From: a virus
IMG/VR virus record: IMGVR_UViG_3300045988_155520
Span: 248,239-312,238 of that record
Strand: one strand, 5' to 3'
DNA: 64,000 nt
The position numbers were made by a program, and so were the translations under genes. The notes under the pieces were generated by a model that saw only the letters and a program-made list of their open reading frames with translations, did no database searches and was not told where the DNA came from. This document shows, piece by piece, positions 45,838 to 54,020 of this stretch; position 1 is the first letter of the stretch; every line of letters starts with the position of its first letter.

Positions 45838-47358
45838 CCCACAAAACTTTAGTTCGTGGGGGGAATTGAGCAACTATTCCTTCTTTCTGTTAATATACTT
45901 CTTCTTTTACTTATCAATCGTATATGTTTACAACTGATAGAACCTTTGTTTACTTTTGTTCCGTCAAGTCTTCTAATATCAAAGAAACCACTATCTCTTC
46001 TTCCAAATATATAATACAATTTCTTTTGATATTCAACTAAGTCAAATAATCTATACCCTTTTACCAAGAATGGTGATTGATTGAGTTTTTTCCTTCCACC
46101 TTTCAAGAAATTAGCCTTATGTATTTGTCTGTTCTGGCATCGCACTTTCTTTTGATAGAAATAATACCCAAGAGGTTTTGATTTAGGATTACCACTTATA
46201 CATCTTGCATCAACATGATGTTCTTTAGGTAGCCCATTAGTGATACGGGTGTTCTTTGTGATATATCCAAAAGTCATACTTACATTAGGATAGATATTCT
46301 TTAGTCTCTCGTATGTAGTCCAACGAGCAATCCCCATAAAGGCAGCATCCCTGAATGATGCGCCACGCTTTACCTTGATGTCTATTTTACCATTGTGATA
46401 TGCCTTGTGGCAAGATTCACATAGCGTGATTAGATTGCTTGGAGAGTTTCCTCCAGTTTTTCTACTTTCAATGTGATGTACATTCAAGATATGGTCTTTA
46501 CTCTTGCCTTTGCAATGTTGGCAAGTGTGGTTGTCTCTGAATAGCACATACTCACGCACATTAAAGAAACCAAGTTGTTCTCCTTGTTGATATTCTTTGC
46601 TTGATATACTTGGATTCTTAATCTTTTGTATGTCAAATGAAGCAGTTTCAACTATAATTTTAGTTATTGGCAGGAACTTATGTATCTTCTCTACAACGGT
46701 CAAGTGTGTTTGAATCTTATTCTCAACAGATGGAGCTAACCAACCTTTGTATTTTGAAGATACTCTGTTGTTAAAACGAGCCTTACGATAACGTAATCTA
46801 TTTCTACGAGTTCTTCTTTGTTCTCTACGAGTAGATAGTTTATCTACAATGTCATTTCTCAGTTCTACATCTGCTGCATACAATTCCTTCTTACTTGTTG
46901 TTGCGGATATGCCGATATGCTTACTACCAGCATCTACACCCAAACTTATGGGCTGAACGAAATGAGTTGTTTCATAATCCAATCGAATTGTGAATGGAAT
47001 ACGACATATAACGTGGGCAAGACCATTTTTCAATAATCTTCTCACTTTGCCAAATCTTTCAGTAGGCATTAGTGCTTGTCCATCTTTGTTAATTACGTAA
47101 ACCATTCGTTTTGCTTATTTTTTATTTTTACTGTAAGTCGGATTTCTCCGTTAAATGCTCATCGTCAATGTTATGGAGAGGTTTATATATTAGTAACACT
47201 ATTCCTACCTCACAGAATTGTTTAATCACTAACCTTAGAGCAAGGGGCTTGAGCAAACACCCACTTGGTAACTATATATTCTCTCCTAACGTAGCACTCG
47301 AAGTGCTTAGACTAATCAACTTGGGCTTTTTCAAGCCCACAAACCTTTAACCTGTGGG
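45838..47358 (-). mobile_element. IS200/IS605-family IscB element without tnpA
   Basis: Bounded by related hairpins: cccacaaaactttagttcgtggg (45838-45860) and cccacaaacctttaacctgtggg (47336-47358). It encloses iscB and a structured upstream region. Confidence 0.6.
45849..47105 (-). CDS. iscB: IscB RNA-guided nuclease (RuvC + HNH)
   Basis: PLMP-type N-terminus (DGQALMPT), RuvC-I LGVDAGSKHIG, Arg-rich bridge helix RREQRRTRRNRLRYRKARF, RuvC-II IIVETASFD, HNH CQHCKG...NVHHIESRKTGGNSPSNLITLCESCHKAYH, RuvC-III EHHVDA. Confidence 0.85.
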   Translation of the reverse strand: MVYVINKDGQALMPTERFGKVRRLLKNGLAHVICRIPFTIRLDYETTHFVQPISLGVDAGSKHIGISATTSKKELYAADVELRNDIVDKLSTRREQRRTRRNRLRYRKARFNNRVSSKYKGWLAPSVENKIQTHLTVVEKIHKFLPITKIIVETASFDIQKIKNPSISSKEYQQGEQLGFFNVREYVLFRDNHTCQHCKGKSKDHILNVHHIESRKTGGNSPSNLITLCESCHKAYHNGKIDIKVKRGASFRDAAFMGIARWTTYERLKNIYPNVSMTFGYITKNTRITNGLPKEHHVDARCISGNPKSKPLGYYFYQKKVRCQNRQIHKANFLKGGRKKLNQSPFLVKGYRLFDLVEYQKKLYYIFGRRDSGFFDIRRLDGTKVNKGSISCKHIRLISKRRSILTERRNSCSIPPTN

Positions 47359-47375
47359 TAGTGACAACATTAATA
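47106..47375 (-). ncRNA. putative IscB omega RNA (scaffold plus 5' guide)
   Basis: About 250 nt directly upstream of iscB, GC-richer than the surroundings. It contains several hairpins (cccacagg..tttgtggg, gggcttgaaaaagccc, agcacttcgagtgct) and a long-range GGAGAG/CTCTCC complement. The position matches known IscB systems. Ends were not mapped. Confidence 0.5.
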
Positions 47376-47508
47376 GTAATATTCTTTAAATCCATTTGTT
47401 GTACTAACTGTTTCTGTCTCGTTATTAGATAGACTAATAATAGTTGATTCAAAAACGTATTCTTCTTTTTCCATTTCTTTATTGATTTAATATTAATTTT
47501 TTCTGCTA

Positions 47509-47516
47509 CAAAGATA
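47509..47516 (-). promoter_or_regulatory. -7 box TATCTTTG upstream of the IscB element
   Basis: Lies directly after the macro-gene terminator and about 150 nt upstream of the element end. Confidence 0.45.
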
Positions 47517-47520
47517 CAAT

Positions 47521-47550
47521 AAAAAAACGAAGCTACCAAATTATAGCTCC
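47521..47550 (-). terminator. hairpin + T-run terminator after the macro-domain gene
   Basis: ggagcta-loop-tagcttc followed on the minus strand by ttttttt. Confidence 0.5.
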
Positions 47551-47564
47551 GTTTTTAACATTAT

Positions 47565-48023
47565 TTAATTTAATGGTTCATATAGATAAATCTCACATTC
47601 TAAATCTTGTAATTTATCAAGAATCATTTTGTGAACTGTATTGTAATCTAATTTACCATTAGTACATCCCAGTGCAGGAATAGCAATTGATTTAATATTT
47701 CTTTGAACAATTTCTCTTTTTAAAGCATCTAAACCATCTTTTATATAAGAATATTCAGATGGATACTTCCAATGAATTTTAGTTGGGAAATTAATGATAA
47801 TTTTCTTATCAGTGAATAATGTACCTTCTTCTTTGGTAATGAACATTTTACCAATTACCACTTCATTTTTACTACACGCTTCTTTATAAAGTTCAAAGTT
47901 CTTAGGAAATTTTTTCTTAAACTGGAGGGCAATACCTTTACCCATAACACCAACACAGTTAACAGTGTTAACCAAGGCTTCTGCATCACTCTCCAATAAA
48001 TTTCCATTTACATGGTGAATCAT
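47565..48023 (-). CDS. macro domain protein (ADP-ribose binding/hydrolase fold)
   Basis: GNLLESDAEALVNTVNCVGVMGKGIALQFKKKFP is the canonical macro-domain N-terminal signature. Confidence 0.75.
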   Translation of the reverse strand: MIHHVNGNLLESDAEALVNTVNCVGVMGKGIALQFKKKFPKNFELYKEACSKNEVVIGKMFITKEEGTLFTDKKIIINFPTKIHWKYPSEYSYIKDGLDALKREIVQRNIKSIAIPALGCTNGKLDYNTVHKMILDKLQDLECEIYLYEPLN

Positions 48024-48029
48024 ATGTTA

Positions 48030-48569
48030 CTATTGATTAAACTCAGACAATTTCTTTCGCAACTCGTTCAATTCTGTTTCCTTCTTCTTAAGCTCTTCAA
48101 CTTCCTTGAGTTTCTGACGATAATCCTGCATTGTCTTTTCGTACTCTTGTTTACGCTTTGTAGACATATCTTTTGCTACGGTAAACTTCATCTTTTTCCT
48201 ATCTTCAAGATATTCATGGAGAAGTTTGGAATTACGTGCATCTTCAGGAATAGAAAGCATGTATGAAGAACTATCTGTATCATTCTTTGATGACACATTA
48301 ATCATTAAGGTATCATTTGTGTACTTATGATTAATCAGGTCGGTTTCCTTGTTATAATCAACTACAACTGAATATGTGGTATCATCTTCATTCCATTGTT
48401 TCTTCAAACCGAATAATGAACCAATGCCTCCACAGGTTTTATCGAAACCTGTTTCACAAGCACTCCTTACACCTTTATGTAAATCTTTCTTTTTATCCAT
48501 TTCCCAAACACTTTTAAATACATCTTCAAGAGTTTTTGGAGTCGTAAAAATTAAATCTTCTAATCTCAT
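48030..48569 (-). CDS. hypothetical protein, C-terminal coiled coil
   Basis: ORF track. Confidence 0.5.
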   Translation of the reverse strand: MRLEDLIFTTPKTLEDVFKSVWEMDKKKDLHKGVRSACETGFDKTCGGIGSLFGLKKQWNEDDTTYSVVVDYNKETDLINHKYTNDTLMINVSSKNDTDSSSYMLSIPEDARNSKLLHEYLEDRKKMKFTVAKDMSTKRKQEYEKTMQDYRQKLKEVEELKKKETELNELRKKLSEFNQ

Positions 48570-48634
48570 AACTTTATATATTTTATTAATAAATTATTTT
48601 TTTTTGATTTCATTATTACAATATCTGTGCCAAA

Positions 48635-49816
48635 TTATTCAGATAAATGCAAATCACTCATGGCTTTATCAAATTCTTTTGGGTCTCCCATGTGTTTGCC
48701 TATATCATCACTAATTTTGATACAATTCTCCCATGGGTCCTTGCTACTATATCTTGCTTTTGATAATTTCATAACAATATTTGCTGGCTTATAATCTTTA
48801 ATATCTGTATCACAAGTTAGATTTGTTCCAATTCCAGCTGATACCATAATACGACCATTAAAGTAATCATGAATTTCTTTGTACTTTTCAAATGTAAGTG
48901 CATTTGAGAAGATAAGTAATTTGGTCTTCGGGTCAATACCTAATTCTTGTAAACGTTTAATAATCATATTACCAATCTTAAACTCATCACCACTGTCTTG
49001 TCGGAAACCTCTCAAAAGCAAAGCTTGTTGTAGAGTTAAGGTTTTAAGGAAAGATTCGGTAGTATAGGTATCAATTAGCGCTGTACCCAAATTGCCTTCA
49101 TATACGTCAATCCAATCCTCAAGACCCATATAGTTTGCACGCTTATAGCCATACACAGCTGCGTGGAACATCATCCATTCGTGAGGGAAAGTTCCAGTAG
49201 GACACATGTGGTGTTTCTTTGCCAAATATACATTACTTGTTCCAGCACATACAGGGCACTTTTCTTTTAATCTTTTAACTACTTCATTCTGCACATTAAA
49301 ACTATATCGTCTACGTGTTCCAAATTCAGAAAAACCGAGATTATTCATATTGGCATAAGAAATCTTATCTTCTAATTTTAACATGGTTTTCTCCATATTA
49401 ATCTTATTTCCTAATACTCGATTTCTTACTTCTGCATATGTGGCAAGAATAGCTATCTCATATAATGTAACACGATAGAGTTTATCAGTAACTTCACACT
49501 GGAAGACCCCATCATCATCCAGCCACATCTTAATAAGTTCTGGTTTGAAACGAAAAGTGCCTAACCATTCCCAATAATTCTCTGGAATGTAATCAATATT
49601 CTCAACACACCAATCTCTTTCTTCATTTGTAAGACGAATATTGGATAAGTTCTCAACCTGCAATTCCATTTCATCCATAAAGTTCGGATAATTTCTCCAA
49701 TCCTCTTTGTTTCTGTCGTTAAACTTAAACGTCCCTTCCGCTCTATTAAACTTATGGAAATAAGCGTATGAAGTACTGAATTTATACAAATCTGTATCTA
49801 AAATTGATTGAATCAT
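48635..49816 (-). CDS. pncB: nicotinate phosphoribosyltransferase
   Basis: LDTDLYKFS, FGTRRR, GTSN, GTFPHEW, RQDSGD, GIGTNLTCD and NIVMKL are colinear with E. coli PncB motifs. Confidence 0.8.
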   Translation of the reverse strand: MIQSILDTDLYKFSTSYAYFHKFNRAEGTFKFNDRNKEDWRNYPNFMDEMELQVENLSNIRLTNEERDWCVENIDYIPENYWEWLGTFRFKPELIKMWLDDDGVFQCEVTDKLYRVTLYEIAILATYAEVRNRVLGNKINMEKTMLKLEDKISYANMNNLGFSEFGTRRRYSFNVQNEVVKRLKEKCPVCAGTSNVYLAKKHHMCPTGTFPHEWMMFHAAVYGYKRANYMGLEDWIDVYEGNLGTALIDTYTTESFLKTLTLQQALLLRGFRQDSGDEFKIGNMIIKRLQELGIDPKTKLLIFSNALTFEKYKEIHDYFNGRIMVSAGIGTNLTCDTDIKDYKPANIVMKLSKARYSSKDPWENCIKISDDIGKHMGDPKEFDKAMSDLHLSE

Positions 49817-49827
49817 TTTTGTTTAAT

Positions 49828-50049
49828 TTAAATTGTTAATTCATTAATATCATTCAAATAATCTTTCCAATTTAGAACTCTATCAATAAGTGTACTTTCT
49901 TTAATATCATTTAGAGTTTCTTCATAACTGTCAATTAAATTATTCTTCTCATTGATTAAATTTTGTAATGTATAAACCTTATCTTGAAGTGCTTTTACAC
50001 TTTTTTCTAAACGTTCATATTCATCATATTCAAGTTCAATTCGTGCCAT
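49828..50049 (-). CDS. hypothetical coiled-coil protein
   Basis: ORF track. Confidence 0.45.
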   Translation of the reverse strand: MARIELEYDEYERLEKSVKALQDKVYTLQNLINEKNNLIDSYEETLNDIKESTLIDRVLNWKDYLNDINELTI

Positions 50050-50596
50050 AAGTTTTCTTTATGTTAAAATTCTTAAGTTTCTCTCCACCATCTATAGACG
50101 GGCAATAATCAATAAGGAGATTGAATTTATCTTCTCCATATACAAGGATACCATCTAATAAAGTCTTGTAAACACAAATATCACCAGCAATACCACAGAT
50201 ATCAATTTGGTCAATATTTTCGTCCTTAATAGTTGTGTACAACCATTTACGAGAATTATCATTGGAAAAGATAGAATATTCTTCTCTATCTGGGAAAACA
50301 CCTTTAGTAAGAACTTTGTATTCAATATTTAGTTCTCTTAGAGTTTGAATAATAGGTTCATAAACGGACGCACCATGAGTATAAGCGACACAATGCTTAG
50401 GCCACTCTCCATCATTAACCACAAAAGAACAATGATTCTCTGGATGCCAGTCGGCTGTAATAACCACAGTTTTGTAGTCATTGTGATTCTTAATGTATTC
50501 ACACAAAGCATTCATCTTTTGTTCAGCGTTATCCACAGGCAATGTTCCATTGATGAAATCATATTGTGGGTCAACAATCAAAAGTAATTTATTCAT
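50036..50596 (-). CDS. pncA: nicotinamidase (isochorismatase family)
   Basis: VDPQYDF, DWHPENHCSF, WPKHCV, LTKG and CGIAGDICV match the PncA catalytic Asp/Lys/Cys and metal-site motifs. Confidence 0.8.
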   Translation of the reverse strand: MNKLLLIVDPQYDFINGTLPVDNAEQKMNALCEYIKNHNDYKTVVITADWHPENHCSFVVNDGEWPKHCVAYTHGASVYEPIIQTLRELNIEYKVLTKGVFPDREEYSIFSNDNSRKWLYTTIKDENIDQIDICGIAGDICVYKTLLDGILVYGEDKFNLLIDYCPSIDGGEKLKNFNIKKTYGTN

Positions 50597-50608
50597 ATTA
50601 ATTTATTT

Positions 50609-51910
50609 TTAATGAATCTGATAATTTTCAATTAATTCAATGCATTCTTTTTTTGTTAAATCTGGATTCTTACATTGTTCTTCGTGTAGATAGTCAATAA
50701 GTGATTTTCTATCATTACCTGTAATATCTGTACGATACGAGAAAATTTCATTACCATCTATCGGAAGATAAATCTTAGCACTATCTTTTATTTTTAACCA
50801 CGTATTTATCGTTTCGTTATAAGTTTCTTCATCTGTAAAAACTCGATATACCCACAATGCATTATCTATGTTATGGTCACATTTCTTATATAATCTACGT
50901 AAAGATACTTCTAAATCTTCATCTTCTCTTCGGAAGTTTTTCCCTAATAATGCATTTTGCACATGCTTTATTATTACATTCGGTTGCTTTTGATGAGATA
51001 GAATAGTTTCACATGCACTATCTGTTTTGCAAAATGATAGAAGTATTGAAAAACGAGCATATAAACATGTAGGTGCTTGATTACATATAGTAACTATTTT
51101 ATCAAACATACTATTAAAGTTCTGTGAACATGGAACAAAACTTTGTACAAATAGTTCTGGAAGAATATGATATAAAATACCACTATCTTTTAGATAATAC
51201 AAACCATTAATACAGTTTTTATTGGATATTATTTTATTTAATTCATTACGTATTCTTTCTTTAGAGATAATCTTTATTCTTGAAGCGCATTCTTGTAATG
51301 ATTGCCATGTTTTATCTTCTATGTTCCAACCGTATCTATTTGCGAATCTAATAACTCTCATTATACGCAATGGGTCATCAAAGAAGACTATGTTAGGATT
51401 ATCATTTGTAGTTCTGATAACATGATTTTTCAAATCATCAAGTCCTTTTCCTGTAACATCTTCTACTTTATCTGTTGAGATATTGTAATATAATGCATTA
51501 ATGGTAAGGTCTCTTCTGAAAGCATCTTCTTCTAAACTTCCAAAACACGTTTCTGGATTACGTGATTCTGAGTGATATTGCTCTTTTCGTGTTTCTACAC
51601 TTTCAATAACAACATCAGAACATTCATCACAATTCTTTAAATGAAAACTTGCGGTACCATACTTAGGATATACAGTAGGATTAGAATCACTATGACTTTT
51701 ATCCAGCTCTGTTAAAGTGTTTGCTAAATCTATTCCACCAGACGGAAGATTAACTACAATATCTAAATCATTAGACGTTTCTCCCATTAATGTGTCACGT
51801 ACAAATCCACCTACAACATACGTAACACCTTCAAATTTGGTTCCTTTGATAAGTGTACGTATTGTGTTGATGGTTTTTGCTATCTTTTTATCTTTTATTT
51901 CAAATTTCAT
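50609..51910 (-). CDS. cca: tRNA nucleotidyltransferase (CCA-adding enzyme / poly(A) polymerase family)
   Basis: GGFVRDTLMG..NDLDIVV and RRDLTINALYYN are head-domain motifs. Confidence 0.8.
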   Translation of the reverse strand: MKFEIKDKKIAKTINTIRTLIKGTKFEGVTYVVGGFVRDTLMGETSNDLDIVVNLPSGGIDLANTLTELDKSHSDSNPTVYPKYGTASFHLKNCDECSDVVIESVETRKEQYHSESRNPETCFGSLEEDAFRRDLTINALYYNISTDKVEDVTGKGLDDLKNHVIRTTNDNPNIVFFDDPLRIMRVIRFANRYGWNIEDKTWQSLQECASRIKIISKERIRNELNKIISNKNCINGLYYLKDSGILYHILPELFVQSFVPCSQNFNSMFDKIVTICNQAPTCLYARFSILLSFCKTDSACETILSHQKQPNVIIKHVQNALLGKNFRREDEDLEVSLRRLYKKCDHNIDNALWVYRVFTDEETYNETINTWLKIKDSAKIYLPIDGNEIFSYRTDITGNDRKSLIDYLHEEQCKNPDLTKKECIELIENYQIH

Positions 51911-52877
51911 TATTATTTACTTTTACCAATGGGTTTAAGAATTTCGCTAACTCATGTTCGTAATAAAAAACAAGGTCATTAGCCGTTACATCTAAACTAT
52001 TAATTAATTTGTAAATCTGTGGATAGTATGTTGATGGAATACACGCATAAGACACTTCATCTGTTACATGATTCAATTTAGTGAACACATTTACTTTTGC
52101 TTCTGATGTAGCAAGTTTAAATTGATGTAATTTAAGAGTAAAATAATTAATACGTACTTCAAAGCCAAGTGTGTCTTTAATAATTTGTTCCATCATCTTT
52201 AAAGATTTATCACACAGTAAATGGGTCAAGACGTTATTATCATTATCTTTCACTTTGTAGATAATTTCATCTGTGCACATAGAATATGGTTCTAAATAGT
52301 CGGTCAGATTGAACTTATCGTTGAGTGTCTTATATATTTTATTAATAATAATTTTTTCAACACTAATAGTCTTTTTTGGATTAAGTTTTCCAAAGATAAC
52401 TTGTCTTGTGTATTTTGACTTCTTGATATAATCACTATCAGTGAACTTACTGATAAAGTCTTCATACGTGTCAGTATTCAGCACTATTTCAGAATCAACA
52501 TACTTAAGTGCTTGAAAGTTTGCTTTCTTTAAATCAACACTTACAAAACTATTTCCATCTTGTTCTTCAGTATACAAATTCCGTTGTTGAACTAATGGCT
52601 TTTCTGTTTTAATATCACTATCATTGAATTTTTTAAATGCTTCCGAGTTGTAACATGAAGTAACAATTTCATCTCTTATTTGCGCATAGGTATCTAAGAA
52701 TGCCCTATAACTACCACAATAGTTAGTATCAATGTAATCAAGAAGATTATTATAATCTTGAGTAGCACCACATAGTTCAAGACGCTCTGTAAAGTAAGGG
52801 TCTTGTATTACTTGTATAGGTAGGTTAAAATCCTTGAGGAAACGTTTTCTAAGTTGCTTTGTAACTAAATCTTCCAT
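51900..52877 (-). CDS. hypothetical protein
   Basis: 325-aa ORF overlapping the cca start. A -7 box TACCTTTG lies at 52903-52910. Confidence 0.5.
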   Translation of the reverse strand: MEDLVTKQLRKRFLKDFNLPIQVIQDPYFTERLELCGATQDYNNLLDYIDTNYCGSYRAFLDTYAQIRDEIVTSCYNSEAFKKFNDSDIKTEKPLVQQRNLYTEEQDGNSFVSVDLKKANFQALKYVDSEIVLNTDTYEDFISKFTDSDYIKKSKYTRQVIFGKLNPKKTISVEKIIINKIYKTLNDKFNLTDYLEPYSMCTDEIIYKVKDNDNNVLTHLLCDKSLKMMEQIIKDTLGFEVRINYFTLKLHQFKLATSEAKVNVFTKLNHVTDEVSYACIPSTYYPQIYKLINSLDVTANDLVFYYEHELAKFLNPLVKVNNNEI

Positions 52878-52953
52878 ATTGACATATTTAAAAGTTATGT
52901 TGCAAAGGTAATTAAAATATTTTATTTCAACAAGGATTTTACATTAATATATG

Positions 52954-53718
52954 TTAATTTCTTCTACTATATTCGTATATACTAACAAGGTCATCTGGTT
53001 TAAGTTGTTTTATAAAGTTATTATAAAACTTTTTAATCCATTCCTGTTCTTTTCCCGTATCATCAATATCTTTCCATCCATTTTCATCCACATAAGCATA
53101 ATTCCAGTAAGAACAAGAATAAGTTACGTAATCTTCTTTGTTTTTAAAGTTTGAAAAATATTCCTTTTTATCATTCATCGCATGATATATAGAAGTTTCC
53201 TCTGGAGTTTCTGGGTCACGTCCTTCTACTATCATTTCCCATGTAGCATTATATAACGATTCATCACGTGTCATTACTGAGTCCCAGTCAATATCCTTGT
53301 TTCTTGCTTGATAAGTTTCTTTGCCATCTTTTGTAATAATTGGTACAGCAAAATTCTTACCTAATGAGCAATTATCCCATTTTCCGTTTGGATTGTCTTC
53401 ACATAACGCATTACCTTCTCCGTCATAAAACATACCATCTGTAACACTTTGGTAATACTCGAAAGATGTCATATTATTTATAATCTTCTTTCTTTCAGTC
53501 AGCATATCAATACTAAACTGGCTGAGTCCAAATTTCTTTGGGTCTGACAAAATTGCTTCGATAGATTTAATAGTTGCACTCTGCATCTTTTTTGCATCAA
53601 GATACTTGTATTTAACGTATGGTTCTACTTTTAAGGATTTATCATATTTCTTCATCAACTTATCAGGTTCCTCTCCAATGACCATAGCGGTAAAGAATTT
53701 ACTTCCGTTTGTACTCAT
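52954..53718 (-). CDS. hypothetical protein
   Basis: ORF track. Confidence 0.5.
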   Translation of the reverse strand: MSTNGSKFFTAMVIGEEPDKLMKKYDKSLKVEPYVKYKYLDAKKMQSATIKSIEAILSDPKKFGLSQFSIDMLTERKKIINNMTSFEYYQSVTDGMFYDGEGNALCEDNPNGKWDNCSLGKNFAVPIITKDGKETYQARNKDIDWDSVMTRDESLYNATWEMIVEGRDPETPEETSIYHAMNDKKEYFSNFKNKEDYVTYSCSYWNYAYVDENGWKDIDDTGKEQEWIKKFYNNFIKQLKPDDLVSIYEYSRRN

Positions 53719-53739
53719 TTCTCTTTTTCTTTTTATTAA

Positions 53740-53922
53740 TTAGTATGGGAAATTACCTGTACTTTCCTTATATATTTTCATTATATATTCAAATGAATTA
53801 GCAATACATTTATCTTCTTCTATAGATGTATTTTCTTCCAAATAATCTTTAAGGAAATTAAATATATCTCTATATGTTAAACTACATATTTCGTCTAACC
53901 ATTTCTTTTTATCATTATTCAT
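53740..53922 (-). CDS. hypothetical protein
   Basis: The start is moved to MNNDKKKW because a -7 box (53942-53949) lies inside the track ORF. Confidence 0.45.
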   Translation of the reverse strand: MNNDKKKWLDEICSLTYRDIFNFLKDYLEENTSIEEDKCIANSFEYIMKIYKESTGNFPY

Positions 53923-54020
53923 AAAAGTTTTTTTATCTATGCAAAGATACATAAATTTATTTGAATTAACAAACTTTTAGTAACTTTTTTATTAAAAAAA
54001 ATAGCACCACTGAATTATAG

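Noticed and set aside
47312-47539. 75-aa minus-strand ORF upstream of iscB.
   Set aside because: It spans a terminator, a -7 promoter box and the IscB element end, so it is very unlikely to be coding as a unit. Only a 34-codon ORF (47370-47474) fits the transcription signals.
51900-52877. Polymerase or Thg1-like palm-domain assignment for the 325-aa protein next to cca, based on VSVDLKKANF and CTDEIIY.
   Set aside because: Motif spacing matches neither family A polymerases nor Thg1-like enzymes, and the resemblance rests on two short acidic motifs. It is left as hypothetical.
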